Part shown: in pieces, positions 1-9,691 of the stretch
Position numbering within the stretch: the stretch's first letter is position 1
How the letters are laid out: every line of letters begins with the position of its first letter
Assembly: GCA_964563355.1 (NCBI GenBank)
Contig: CAZLVU010000004.1
Span: forward strand, 17,733 to 81,732
DNA length: 64,000 nt
Direction of reading: 5' to 3'
Source of the DNA: an uncultured Candidatus Poseidoniales archaeon
GTDB lineage: Archaea; Thermoplasmatota; Poseidoniia; Poseidoniales; Thalassarchaeaceae
The notes under the pieces: generated by a model
Seen by the model: the letters and a program-made list of their open reading frames with translations, nothing else
Told to the model about the DNA's origin: nothing
The model's database searches: none
Position numbers and translations under genes: made by a program

Positions 1-683
1 ACCATCCTCTCTAGGTCATCAGCCCTTGACTGTATGGTGAGCATCTCCCCCTGGACCGAATGAGGCTGCTTGTCAATCCCCATCACCAAGGAATCACTTG
101 CGTCCTCGAGCACGGCCTTGGTGGGAAGGGACTGGAAATCGAAATCACTGGGGATAGCGATGAGTGGGGTCTCGTCGGTTTTCTCGACAGGCAAGTCCTC
201 AAATGTTGCCGCCTTCAGCCCGTTTCTCCTCAGGCTCCTCTTTATCCGTCCCCAACCGTTCACCTGGCTGGTCAAAACCCCAGCCACCCTCCCCATGAGC
301 ACTGTCCGGTTTCCAGTCAGGTTCAGTTCCAGCCTCTTGCAAAGCTCGTGAAGATCGTCCCTACTCATTTCAGCGAGATGCTCGATGGTCATCCTCCTGG
401 AGTCGTAGCTCAGATGTAACCACAATCGCTGCCGTCTCTCCTTGTGCGAACCCGATGACTTGATGCCGAAAACCTTCAGGACCTCCCCGATTTCCTTGTG
501 GGACATTGACTGAATCCCATCCCACGTCAGGTCTAGGTCAGGTAAAACCTCCTCACAGATCAGCTTCGCTCGAAGTACCTCGACCGAGCCACTCTTCGGG
601 ATGCCGCACTCCTCGGCCCTCTGCCTCAGTTTCTGAAGTCTCCCCGTATACAGGGAACTGAGCAATTCAGTGTCTATCTGCAT
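1..683 (-). CDS. Partial CDS (N-terminal part; the rest lies beyond the window start): hypothetical protein with three tandem SAP-like helix-extended-helix repeats
   Basis: Stop-free minus-strand frame from a complement ATG at 683-681 to position 1. The translation reads MQIDTELLSSLYTGRLQKLRQRAEECGIPKSGSVEVLRAKLI... with three repeats of the pattern L-x-x-L-x-x-x-G-(I/L)-x-x-x-G-x-x-x-x-L-(V/I)-x-R-(L/V). It is absent from the ORF track because it runs off the window edge. Confidence 0.5.
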   Translation of the reverse strand, partial: MQIDTELLSSLYTGRLQKLRQRAEECGIPKSGSVEVLRAKLICEEVLPDLDLTWDGIQSMSHKEIGEVLKVFGIKSSGSHKERRQRLWLHLSYDSRRMTIEHLAEMSRDDLHELCKRLELNLTGNRTVLMGRVAGVLTSQVNGWGRIKRSLRRNGLKAATFEDLPVEKTDETPLIAIPSDFDFQSLPTKAVLEDASDSLVMGIDKQPHSVQGEMLTIQSRADDLERM

Positions 684-770
684 GGCAACAACAGTATCCG
701 CCCAATGGGGATTAGTTATCGATTGCCCCGATGGGCAGCAGAATCTTGGGATTTTGCGCCGAACCTAGCT

Positions 771-1883
771 TCACGAGTCGTGTAGTTGGATGAATGGCGG
801 AGCGAGGGCATCAGACGGATGGTCTCTGGGGACTTCTCGAGAAGTCTCAGCTAGCAATTGGCCCCAATCCCTTAACAGGGATATTGTGGCATGCTGGAAA
901 TCCGATCGGGGGATCAAGCGGTGCAGCTGAAGAGTCCTGCGACCGTCTGCAGAGATAATCTCCATCCTAACCTCAACCCTTACCTCGTCCTCCTTTACCT
1001 CTCCCTCGGGATTGTGGCATGCATCGAGCATTACCAGGTCCTTTTCCTCTTCTGCCTCCCTGATGAGAGAGCCGACCTGCCGGTGCCTGACCTGTATGCC
1101 TAGGAGCTCGAATAGATCTTCGTCAAGGGATCCGAGGATTCGGCTCTGGATCCAGAGCACGGTGTTTCCCTCCGGCTCTGTGACAAGCTCAGCCGTCGCC
1201 TTGGGGAAACCTCTCCTTCCAACAATCACAATCAGATCCGAATAGGGTTTGGGAAGGAAGTGTGGACCGCCCCGTTCCTTGGGGGATGGCATCAAGGTGT
1301 GACGTCGCTCCGTTTGTCCGGAGTTCTCGTATTCCGCCCTTGAAATCACGAAACCGTCTATGATCCCTGAATCCAGCATCTGACCCAGCCACCTTGCTCT
1401 GTCAATGTCATCTGACGGAGCCTTTTTGCCTCGGGGCCCGGCTTTGACATCGTCAGGGGAAATGACCGTGAGATCCGGTCGAGCTCTCATAAATTGCCTA
1501 CGGACGAGATTGGAATCGGACACTATTATGGCAGATTTTGGTTGGTAGAACAGCCGATTGGGAGAGACGAGGACCAGGTTTGGCCTCCGGGGCGTCCTAG
1601 CGCCGATAACTGAGCACCCAGATTCGGCAATCAGGGCTTCGTTGCCCCGCATGATGGAAGCCGGCATGGCCAATAAATCCGAATCCCCCGCTACGAGTTT
1701 TAGTAGTCCCACTTCCAAATCAGGTGCTTTTTGGACGGATGGCTGAAATCTATCAGAGATGGGGGATTCGGAGAAAGACAAGAGCTCGGAGTGGACATTG
1801 CAGTCAGAGGAGTCGAGTGTCCAGACTATTAGCCGTTTGTCCATCGCGTCCACCTCATGGGAGGGAGCAGTCGTGGTGCCCAT
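771..1883 (-). CDS. Hypothetical protein (370 aa), no motif recognised
   Basis: Long ORF with ordinary amino-acid composition. No diagnostic motif was identified by eye. Confidence 0.45.
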   Translation of the reverse strand: MGTTTAPSHEVDAMDKRLIVWTLDSSDCNVHSELLSFSESPISDRFQPSVQKAPDLEVGLLKLVAGDSDLLAMPASIMRGNEALIAESGCSVIGARTPRRPNLVLVSPNRLFYQPKSAIIVSDSNLVRRQFMRARPDLTVISPDDVKAGPRGKKAPSDDIDRARWLGQMLDSGIIDGFVISRAEYENSGQTERRHTLMPSPKERGGPHFLPKPYSDLIVIVGRRGFPKATAELVTEPEGNTVLWIQSRILGSLDEDLFELLGIQVRHRQVGSLIREAEEEKDLVMLDACHNPEGEVKEDEVRVEVRMEIISADGRRTLQLHRLIPRSDFQHATISLLRDWGQLLAETSREVPRDHPSDALAPPFIQLHDS

Positions 1884-1936
1884 CAGAGCCGCGTGAGCAC
1901 TTGTTGATATATGCGACCCTTGGGAGTTGACTCAGA

Positions 1937-2920
1937 ATGAAGGCCGTCCCAAGCTACTCCAAATCCATTGAATCTGTTCGGAATGAGTTCGAGGATGCTC
2001 TAGAGGGACTAGTAGTTGAGCGAATGAGCTCGAAAAACAACCGACCAGCGATGGAAATCGCTAGGGACGTGTTGATGGCTGGTGGAAAGAGGTACAGGCC
2101 CATATTGGGCCTACTTGCGTACGAAGCCATGGGTGGCAAAGATAAGAGCGAGGTGATGAATTTGGCCCTCTCGGCTGAACTGATCCACACCGCGACTTTG
2201 GTTCATGACGACATTTACGACCAAGCCAAGACGAGGCGTGGGAAGCCCACCATTCACACCACCCATGGTTTGGCCCATGCAATCATCGTTGGGGATTACC
2301 TCTTCGCCTTGGGCTACGAGCTAGGTGCGAATTACAATCCTGAAGTTGTCGACAGGGTTGGTGCCTCGTGCGCGGGGGTGGCATCCGGCGAGCTGCTCCA
2401 ATTCAAACACATAGGGGACCTAGGGACGAAACCGGAGGACTACTATGCCATCATCGATGGCAAGACTGCTGGCCCATTCGCAACTGGTTGCTCCTGTGCC
2501 GGAATAGTTGCCGAGGCCGGCCGTGAGGAAATCGATAGAATGTGGCACTTCGGTTTGGAGCTGGGGCGAGCCTTCCAACTGGTGGATGACTTGTTGGACA
2601 TCACAGGTGACGAATCCATAGGAAAACCGAGGGGGACTGATGTGCACGAAGGGAAGATGACTCTGCCAATCATCCACTCTCTGACGATGCTTCACGGACT
2701 GGATCGGGAACAACTTGCCGATGTCATCACCAACTTCAGCGATGACAGGTGGGGTGAACTATACGAGCTTCTTGAGCGATCAGATTCCTTAGAATACACA
2801 AGGCTGCTAATCTCAAATCACGTCGACAGAGCCAAAGAGCAACTTCACTGGCTTCCGAGTTCCGGAGCGAGGGATCTAATGGCTGAGATAGTGGAGATGT
2901 CAAAGACAAGGACGAAGTAA
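1937..2920 (+). CDS. idsA: Trans-isoprenyl diphosphate synthase (geranylgeranyl/farnesyl diphosphate synthase)
   Basis: First Asp-rich motif LVHDDIYDQAKTRRGKP (DDxxD) and second motif FQLVDDLLDITGD. Length is 327 aa. Confidence 0.9.
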   Translation: MKAVPSYSKSIESVRNEFEDALEGLVVERMSSKNNRPAMEIARDVLMAGGKRYRPILGLLAYEAMGGKDKSEVMNLALSAELIHTATLVHDDIYDQAKTRRGKPTIHTTHGLAHAIIVGDYLFALGYELGANYNPEVVDRVGASCAGVASGELLQFKHIGDLGTKPEDYYAIIDGKTAGPFATGCSCAGIVAEAGREEIDRMWHFGLELGRAFQLVDDLLDITGDESIGKPRGTDVHEGKMTLPIIHSLTMLHGLDREQLADVITNFSDDRWGELYELLERSDSLEYTRLLISNHVDRAKEQLHWLPSSGARDLMAEIVEMSKTRTK

Positions 2921-2935
2921 GTCAGGAGTGGCTAG

Positions 2936-4036
2936 ATGCATGACGATGAGAGTTGGGACGTCATCATAGTCGGCGGCGGCCCGGCCGGTAGCACGACTGC
3001 AAGATACGCGGCCAGTGGCGGACTGAGAGTTCTTGTCGTCGACGCAAGAGATCCCATAGGCTCCCCCCTGCAGTGCGGGGAGCTGGTTCCCTCCAACGAA
3101 GAGATGGGTCGATTGTGCCCAGATGTGCCAGACATGGATGAGCTGTTCAGGACTCCCGAGAGTGCAATCTCTAGAAGGACCGAAAGGATGCGTCTTGTCC
3201 CCCCTGGAGGCAGGGCGCTGGAGTTTGACTTCGAAGGTGTTGTGCTAAACCGGGTCGCTCATGACGAAGCTTTGGTAGAGTTGGCCGCCTCTAACGGCGC
3301 TGAGTTCCTACTCGGGACGCGTGTTGAGAGAGTTGATGGTGCCCGTGTGCTGCTAAAAGACGGGCGGGTTCTGAATGGGAAGGTGATCGTGGGTGCCGGT
3401 GGACACAATGACCCCATCAGGAGGCAGCTTTGGGACGAAGAACCACTGAACATCCCAGTGAAATTCGTCCTAATGGAGGGCTCCCACACCGATGCGGTGG
3501 AGCTGCACTTCGGCTCTGTAGCCCCCGGTGGGTACGCGTGGGTATTCCCCAAAGATGGGGGGTCAAACATCGGGTTGGGAATTCAGAGGGGCATGGCAAG
3601 GGGTAAGAGTCTAAACGAATATGCAGAAGGCTTCATTTCGAGGTATGATGGAGAAATCACCTTCAGAGGAGCTGGGGCACTTCCCATCTCAGGCTCTATA
3701 GGATCCTTTGTCAGAGGAAACTGCCTTCTTGTGGGAGATTCGGCTGGAATGGTGCTTCCCTCCAATGGCGCTGGCATTACTATAGCAATGATTGGTGGTC
3801 GAATTGCGGGACAGGTTATCGTCGAGCACCTGAATGAAGGTTTGGACCTCACAGAGTTCCAAAGTCGTTGGAACGTGCAGATGGGGAAAGTAATGAGGAA
3901 CTCGAAACGCTCTTTCAGAATTGGCAGCCTCGTGTTCCGATCTCCAGATTGGCTACTCAGGTTACTCTTCAATCGTTTTACAAAGCAGTTCATTTGGCGG
4001 GCGGTGACTTGTCGCCCCATACTCTGGCTATGGTGA
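2936..4036 (+). CDS. Geranylgeranyl reductase (digeranylgeranylglycerophospholipid reductase family)
   Basis: N-terminal FAD-binding fold DVIIVGGGPAGSTTARYAA, then GDSAGMVLPSNGAGI. It lies adjacent to the GGPP synthase gene. Confidence 0.85.
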   Translation: MHDDESWDVIIVGGGPAGSTTARYAASGGLRVLVVDARDPIGSPLQCGELVPSNEEMGRLCPDVPDMDELFRTPESAISRRTERMRLVPPGGRALEFDFEGVVLNRVAHDEALVELAASNGAEFLLGTRVERVDGARVLLKDGRVLNGKVIVGAGGHNDPIRRQLWDEEPLNIPVKFVLMEGSHTDAVELHFGSVAPGGYAWVFPKDGGSNIGLGIQRGMARGKSLNEYAEGFISRYDGEITFRGAGALPISGSIGSFVRGNCLLVGDSAGMVLPSNGAGITIAMIGGRIAGQVIVEHLNEGLDLTEFQSRWNVQMGKVMRNSKRSFRIGSLVFRSPDWLLRLLFNRFTKQFIWRAVTCRPILWLW

Positions 4037-4738
4037 ATGGGCCTCCCAAATTGTGGCCATGCCCGGGAAAACTACCTTGGCGTTGACTCCGACGAATCCG
4101 ACTTCCTCTAGCATCCTGACATAGTCACCTGTAGTCCCAAAACTAACGTAGGTCTTTGTTAGCCACCTCCATGGATGCTCTCCGCTTCTGAAAAAGACCC
4201 GTGCCAACGATCCGACCCAGACCCTCATCCATAGCCACCCTAGAAAACCATGCAGCCTGTTGATCTTTGCAGGATCTACAATGACCAGTTTCCCCCCTGG
4301 CCTCAGCACCCTCAGAACCTCCCTGAGACCTGCTCTTTTGTCGTACCAGTCCCGGAATGAGAATAACGAGCAGACCGCGTCGAAGCATTGGTCATCAAAT
4401 GGCATGTCCTCCGCTACCCCCACGATGAACTCGGCGCGGCGGTCACCGCGGGCCTCCCTCTTTGGATTGACCCGGGACTCAGCGACTCGGATCATTTCAG
4501 GAATTGGGTCCAGACACACTAGATCACAGCCCCGGACATCCTCAGCGAAGCTCCCGGGGCCGCATCCAATCTCCAGCAAACTGCAGTTGGCCGGTAGTCG
4601 TCTGCGAACCATCCTGCGCCAACGGGATACTTGCCCGAGGGTGGCGAGTCGGTTTATCCGGTCGTATGCCGGGATTGCAGCCTCGAGATTGCGTTGAAGC
4701 TCATTCCAGTCATCGAGACCCATCCGCTCCGCATCCAT
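4028..4738 (-). CDS. Class I SAM-dependent methyltransferase (UbiE/MenG-like)
   Basis: Motif I LLEIGCGPGSFAEDV and post-I/II segment LRPGGKLVIVDP. Convergent with the geranylgeranyl reductase (GGR) gene. Confidence 0.75.
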   Translation of the reverse strand: MDAERMGLDDWNELQRNLEAAIPAYDRINRLATLGQVSRWRRMVRRRLPANCSLLEIGCGPGSFAEDVRGCDLVCLDPIPEMIRVAESRVNPKREARGDRRAEFIVGVAEDMPFDDQCFDAVCSLFSFRDWYDKRAGLREVLRVLRPGGKLVIVDPAKINRLHGFLGWLWMRVWVGSLARVFFRSGEHPWRWLTKTYVSFGTTGDYVRMLEEVGFVGVNAKVVFPGMATIWEAHSP

Positions 4739-4861
4739 AAGCCTCCCTGCGATAACACATATTTGGTTGAATCCCGCACAAAACCAACGAATAATCGAAG
4801 GAATGACATGGTCAAAGTGATATACTGTTCGTCATTCGCCGATGTCACCGAAGGTGACACA

Positions 4862-5179
4862 ATGGGAAGGGAAGTAGTTCTACGCGCTATCAAAGACGCA
4901 GAGAGCGAAGCCAGGGCTATTCGGGCAGCGGCCGAGGCCAAGGCCAATGAGACGATCTCGAGCGCCAGAGTAAAGGCAACTGAAGCCTCTAGAGCGGGTC
5001 GTCAGGGTGCTGACGAGGACGCAGCTTCCCTGATCAGTGAAGCGCGTGCTTCGTCGGACATGGAAGCCGCTGCAGTCTCCGAGCAAGGTGATGCCCAGCT
5101 GAAGCAGGTAGCAGCCGACGGAGAAAAGAACCGAGATTCGGCAGTAGGTGTGGTCCTATCCGCGTTCAGTGGAGACTGA
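4862..5179 (+). CDS. atpH: A-type ATP synthase subunit H
   Basis: Ala/Glu-rich coiled-coil of about 105 aa (REVVLRAIKDAESEARAIRAAAEAKANE...) sitting first in the atp operon. An alternative ATG at 4808 is possible. The longest ORF (from 4631) overlaps the upstream methyltransferase and was rejected. Confidence 0.6.
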   Translation: MGREVVLRAIKDAESEARAIRAAAEAKANETISSARVKATEASRAGRQGADEDAASLISEARASSDMEAAAVSEQGDAQLKQVAADGEKNRDSAVGVVLSAFSGD

Positions 5180-5201
5180 ACGGAACTCAGGAGGCACCAG
5201 C

Positions 5202-7328
5202 ATGAGCCAGTTGACCACGGAGAAAATGTCACGGATTATCGCGGCGGGCACGAGAGATCAGCTCAAGACGGCCATTGACGTGGTGGCCGGACTTTCTCTA
5301 ATCCACATCAACGACTTCAACAGCAATGAGGCCGGTATGGCTATGGGTAGCCCGACCGAAGAGTCCGAGGATATCAGTCGTAAGCTAACAAAGGTCCGGG
5401 GTGCTGCAGCGCAAATGGATTCCAACGACCAGAGAGAGCTGATGCCTGCACCAGAAGTTCGCAGGAGCCTTTCCGGAATCGAGGACCTAGTTGATTCTGC
5501 CCTAAAGAGATTCGATGAAATAGATGACTTGGATAACGAGGCCTCTCAGATCGATGAAGATCTGGAGATCTTGGAACTGCTTGCCCCCCTTAGCCTCGAA
5601 TTGGACTTGATGGGGGGTTACGAAAGTGTGGCCGCATTCATTGGAACCGTGTCTTCGCTTTCGAAGGCCAGACCAGCTCTAGCGGGCCTTGGAAACTCAG
5701 TGATCCACATGAGCAGCGAAGTCTCCAAGAAAGACGTCGTTGCAGTTTTCTGCAGAAACGATGACGCTAACATGGTGCAGGATGTTTTGTCCGGTCACGA
5801 TTTCCAGGCAATTGCCATCCCCGAGTCTGAAGGGATGCCTTCCGAGAGGATTGCTGCTCTGAATTCCCGATCGGGGGAGATAGTATCCAGAAAAGAAGAG
5901 CTTGAAGCCGATATTTCAGAATGGGGGGAGCGAAACGGGGGGGTGCTATTCGGTGGAATGGAGCTACTGGAGAGGGATCTGGAGCTCGCGACAGCCCCCG
6001 TTAGGGTGGCCGTGAGCGACCACGCATTCGTTATCGATGGGTGGATACGCTCAGAGAAGTCCTCACAAGTCGAGGCTGCCCTCTCGAGAGTTTGCACGCA
6101 CGTAAGTATCGATGAGTTCATGCCTCCTGCTCACAGTAGCCACCACCACGAAGTAAAGGAGGAAATGCCCCCAATCGCTTTCTCCCCCCGTCATTACAGC
6201 GAACCCTTCGAGATGTTGACTGATGTTATGGGCAGGCCCGCTTACGGGAGAATCGACCCTACGTTCTTCATGTTCCTGACCTATCCGCTATTCTTCGGCT
6301 TGATTCTGGGTGACATGGCCTATGGGTTGGCTGTAATTGGTTTGGCCATGTTCATCAGGCGACGTTTCCCTATCGACAAGACGATGGTCAATGTGGCTGG
6401 ATTCCTGTCCATTATTGGGTTCGCGACGCTAATTTTCGGGTATATCTACGGGGAGTTCGCTGGCTTCGAGTTCCTGCCCCACGGTCACTGTGACATCGAG
6501 GGGGTAATCGGCGTTTCTCAGTGTGAGGCTGCCCATGGACACTACCACTGGGAGCATGCACACGCCCCTTGGTGGGTGGCTTGGATGACCAACTTGTACC
6601 CCAACGGGGGAGAGTTCTACGCCGTTTGGGAAGGCCCGGTTGGAATCGTCCTTGCCTACCCATTCCACAGGGTTTCGTCCAACCTTGAGAACCTAATTCT
6701 GATTACAATATACATGGGAGTCCTCCACGTGATGTTGGGGCTTATTCTGGGCTTCAGAGACATCTACAAGTCCCACGGTTTCATCGACGCCCTATTCGAG
6801 AAGGGTTCGTGGATGACGGTATTAGTTGGAGGGTTCATCTTCTCTTACGCCTTCCTCGTCGAGTCTGCCTCTGACATGATGGTTCCGGGAGCCGCGATCA
6901 CCGCAGTAGGGGTGGTTATGGTGATGGTCCTGCTCGCCCACTACGAGAAGATGGGGGTCATTGGAATCCCCCTGGGAGTTCTTGAGTCCCTGGGGATGCT
7001 GCCTAAGGTTGTCTCCTATGTCAGGTTGTTCGCGGTTGGGGTGGTCGGCGTCAAGATAGCGGCAACTGGAAACGAGATGATTTACGAGGGTATGGCTCAT
7101 ACCCTCTCTGACATCTCCCATGCAACGGCCATTGAATTGGCACTAGTTCCAATCATGTTCATCGGCTGGCTGCTAGTACAGCTTTTCGCCTTAGTTTTGG
7201 GCGTTTTCAGCCCGAATATACACACTGTACGATTGCACTTCGTAGAGTGGATGATGCAGTTCTACGAGGGGAGCGGCCTGCCCTTCAAAGCATTCGGTTT
7301 TGAACCGAAGAGAGTAGAGGTCGAGTGA
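5202..7328 (+). CDS. atpI: A-type ATP synthase subunit I (membrane a-subunit homolog)
   Basis: About 700 aa, with an N-terminal soluble domain and a C-terminal multi-TM domain. Start chosen at MSQLTTEKMSRIIAAGTRDQL, preceded by GGAGG about 10 nt upstream. Operon position also fits. Confidence 0.85.
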   Translation: MSQLTTEKMSRIIAAGTRDQLKTAIDVVAGLSLIHINDFNSNEAGMAMGSPTEESEDISRKLTKVRGAAAQMDSNDQRELMPAPEVRRSLSGIEDLVDSALKRFDEIDDLDNEASQIDEDLEILELLAPLSLELDLMGGYESVAAFIGTVSSLSKARPALAGLGNSVIHMSSEVSKKDVVAVFCRNDDANMVQDVLSGHDFQAIAIPESEGMPSERIAALNSRSGEIVSRKEELEADISEWGERNGGVLFGGMELLERDLELATAPVRVAVSDHAFVIDGWIRSEKSSQVEAALSRVCTHVSIDEFMPPAHSSHHHEVKEEMPPIAFSPRHYSEPFEMLTDVMGRPAYGRIDPTFFMFLTYPLFFGLILGDMAYGLAVIGLAMFIRRRFPIDKTMVNVAGFLSIIGFATLIFGYIYGEFAGFEFLPHGHCDIEGVIGVSQCEAAHGHYHWEHAHAPWWVAWMTNLYPNGGEFYAVWEGPVGIVLAYPFHRVSSNLENLILITIYMGVLHVMLGLILGFRDIYKSHGFIDALFEKGSWMTVLVGGFIFSYAFLVESASDMMVPGAAITAVGVVMVMVLLAHYEKMGVIGIPLGVLESLGMLPKVVSYVRLFAVGVVGVKIAATGNEMIYEGMAHTLSDISHATAIELALVPIMFIGWLLVQLFALVLGVFSPNIHTVRLHFVEWMMQFYEGSGLPFKAFGFEPKRVEVE

Positions 7329-7364
7329 CACTCACCAAGTGAGAAAAAATACGGAGGAAAAAAC

Positions 7365-7685
7365 ATGGAAAACAAGATGAGAATGGCATACCGCATACTG
7401 ATGATTGCGTTCTCGGTGACTCTGGTCGCCGGTATCGTAACCGCACAGGAAGCGGAGGCAAGCACTGGAGAAACGGTAACTAAGGAGACGATGGCCCAGC
7501 TAGGCGCAGGAATAGCACTGGCAGGGTGCGGTATCGGTACAGGACTGGCACAAGGCCCGATTGGGGCAGCTGCGGTAGGCATGATTGCTGAAGACGGCTC
7601 AAAATTCGGAGTTGGACTTCTGTTCACTGTGCTACCTGAGACCATTGTTCTGTTCGGATTCCTATCTATCTACCTGCTTGGTTAG
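7365..7685 (+). CDS. atpK: A-type ATP synthase proteolipid subunit K (c subunit), with an extra N-terminal hydrophobic segment
   Basis: Gly/Ala-rich helix 1 (GAGIALAGCGIGTGLAQGPIGAAAVG) and helix 2 carrying the conserved carboxylate (TVLPETIVLFGF). An additional N-terminal hydrophobic stretch RILMIAFSVTLVAGIVTAQEAEAS is present. Confidence 0.85.
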   Translation: MENKMRMAYRILMIAFSVTLVAGIVTAQEAEASTGETVTKETMAQLGAGIALAGCGIGTGLAQGPIGAAAVGMIAEDGSKFGVGLLFTVLPETIVLFGFLSIYLLG

Positions 7686-7711
7686 ATTGTTCGGAATTCA
7701 GGATCAGGAGG

Positions 7712-8284
7712 GTGCAGATGTCACTAGAAAAGCTTGCAGGCGAGATTAAGGCAATGGCCGAGGCTGAAGCCGGGAAGGTCACTGACGAGGCTGAGGCTGA
7801 AGCGAAAATTATACTGGAAGGAGCGGCAGAACAAGTTACGGAGTACCGTGATTCTGCTATTTCTCGTGCTGAAAAGATGAGTGGGCAAATCTCGGTTGAG
7901 AGTATCGCAGCGGCTCGTCAGAGGAACCAGAAAAGGTTGCTCGTTGCGCATCGCGCGGAGCTTGATGCGACGTGGGAGGAAGTGGTCTCACAGGTTGGCT
8001 CAGCGAATCTGAAGGGACGTCAAAAGATGCTCAATTCCCTCATCAAACAAGCAAAATCTGAATCCGGAGCTGGAATGATTCTTCGACCCGTGGCTTTGGA
8101 TCGAAAGGCGCTGAATAAGGGATCTAGCGGGTTCAAGATGGGCGAAGACGTCGAGGGCTTGGGTGGATTCGTACTAGAGAACTCGGATGGATCCGTCACC
8201 ATGGACTATCGATTCGAGGGGCGCTTGCGTGAGGCCTGGGAAGCCAGCCTCGGTGAAGTAAGTAGTATTCTGTTTGGAGAATGA
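7712..8284 (+). CDS. atpE: A-type ATP synthase subunit E
   Basis: 190 aa, with an N-terminal charged coiled-coil and a C-terminal globular part. Operon order supports the call. Confidence 0.8.
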   Translation: MQMSLEKLAGEIKAMAEAEAGKVTDEAEAEAKIILEGAAEQVTEYRDSAISRAEKMSGQISVESIAAARQRNQKRLLVAHRAELDATWEEVVSQVGSANLKGRQKMLNSLIKQAKSESGAGMILRPVALDRKALNKGSSGFKMGEDVEGLGGFVLENSDGSVTMDYRFEGRLREAWEASLGEVSSILFGE

Positions 8285-8293
8285 GGTTGAATT

Positions 8294-9349
8294 ATGGCGG
8301 AGATTGCTGTAGGAAAGGGGAATTGGGCCAACGCCTCTGCGCGCAGCAAGGCGAGGAAGGCCAAGCTGCTGGACGAGACTAGGCTCCGTCAACTGATGAA
8401 GAGTGGCCCGGAAACCATAGCAGCCAGCATAGGTGAATTGGACTATAGGAAGGAACTGGACATATACTCGGCCCGCTTGAGTGGGGCTGACTTGGTGGAG
8501 GCTGCCATGAGGCATAATCTAGACAGGGAGCTGGCTGAGGTGATGGGTTTCTGTCAGGGACGATTGAAGCGGATAGTCTCCGTTTTTGCTCTTCGTTTCT
8601 CGTACAGCAACGCAAAGGCGGTTCTCCGTGCGGTCAATGGTGGAATCAATGCCGACAGTCTCGCAAATTCGGTACTACCGGACGAGAACGATCTGAATGT
8701 AAACTGGATCGAGATTGCTCGTCAGAGTGGCAGCCTACATGATGCTGCCATGGCTATGAAGGGATCTCCCTGGGGTGATGCGATTGCTGATCTGGATGCA
8801 GAAGCGACCCTGCAGGAGTACGAAGACGAGCTGGATCGGCATTACTACCACGAGGCTGTTTCTGCTCTGAAGTCAAGTGGCCAAAGGCACAGCCGTCTTC
8901 TCGGCTACCTAAGGACCGAAATCGATCACAGGAATATCGTGAACCTCTTCAGGGCACTACGACAGGGTCTTCCTGTCAAACAACGAACGAGTCTGGTCCT
9001 GGAAGGGGGGAGGGCTCTGCGGGACAGTATGCTGCGCAGTGCGGCTCAAGCTGAAACGGAAGAAGCTCTCATCGAGGTCCTGCGAAGAACAAAAATGGAC
9101 ACTGGCGAGCTGGAAGAAGCCCTGAGGAAATCTCACGACCATGGCGGCTTGGACCCGGTTGTAAGTTACCTCTCATCCCTCAGACGAGCCGAACTCCGTC
9201 GAATGAGCCACCTAAACCCCCTTTCTGCCTTCCCTGTAATCCACTACTTGGAGAGCAAGGTGCTAGAAGTCCAGAACCTCCGCCTGCTGGTGCGCGGCAA
9301 GGCGGTTGGACTGCCAGATGATGTTATTGAAGCGCACATGGCGTTCTGA
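8294..9349 (+). CDS. atpC: A-type ATP synthase subunit C
   Basis: 351-aa helical protein placed between atpE and atpF. Confidence 0.8.
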   Translation: MAEIAVGKGNWANASARSKARKAKLLDETRLRQLMKSGPETIAASIGELDYRKELDIYSARLSGADLVEAAMRHNLDRELAEVMGFCQGRLKRIVSVFALRFSYSNAKAVLRAVNGGINADSLANSVLPDENDLNVNWIEIARQSGSLHDAAMAMKGSPWGDAIADLDAEATLQEYEDELDRHYYHEAVSALKSSGQRHSRLLGYLRTEIDHRNIVNLFRALRQGLPVKQRTSLVLEGGRALRDSMLRSAAQAETEEALIEVLRRTKMDTGELEEALRKSHDHGGLDPVVSYLSSLRRAELRRMSHLNPLSAFPVIHYLESKVLEVQNLRLLVRGKAVGLPDDVIEAHMAF

Positions 9350-9358
9350 GGTGAGAAG

Positions 9359-9658
9359 ATGGAGATAGCAGTAGTTGGCACTCCGGAATTCACCCTAGGA
9401 TTCCAGCTTGCGGGCATAATGCACCTGCACAACCCGGAGAGCGACGATGAGATGGGAAACACCCTCCGTTCGATGCTTGATGAAGACGAGGTCGGCATAA
9501 TCGTCGTTGATGCAACTGACCTGAATCGGATGCCGGACAAGCTGCGACAGCGGCTGTCCGACAGCATTTCGCCCACAGTACTGGGCATAGGGACTGAGGA
9601 GGACAACAGCCTCCGAGAGTCCATCAAATCGGCGTTAGGCGTCGATCTATGGAAGTAG
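9359..9658 (+). CDS. atpF: A-type ATP synthase subunit F
   Basis: 99 aa, with the typical N-terminus MEIAVVGTPEFTLGFQLAGI. Confidence 0.8.
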   Translation: MEIAVVGTPEFTLGFQLAGIMHLHNPESDDEMGNTLRSMLDEDEVGIIVVDATDLNRMPDKLRQRLSDSISPTVLGIGTEEDNSLRESIKSALGVDLWK

Positions 9659-9691
9659 ATTCCTCAAATACAAGGATAAGGAAGTGAAAAA

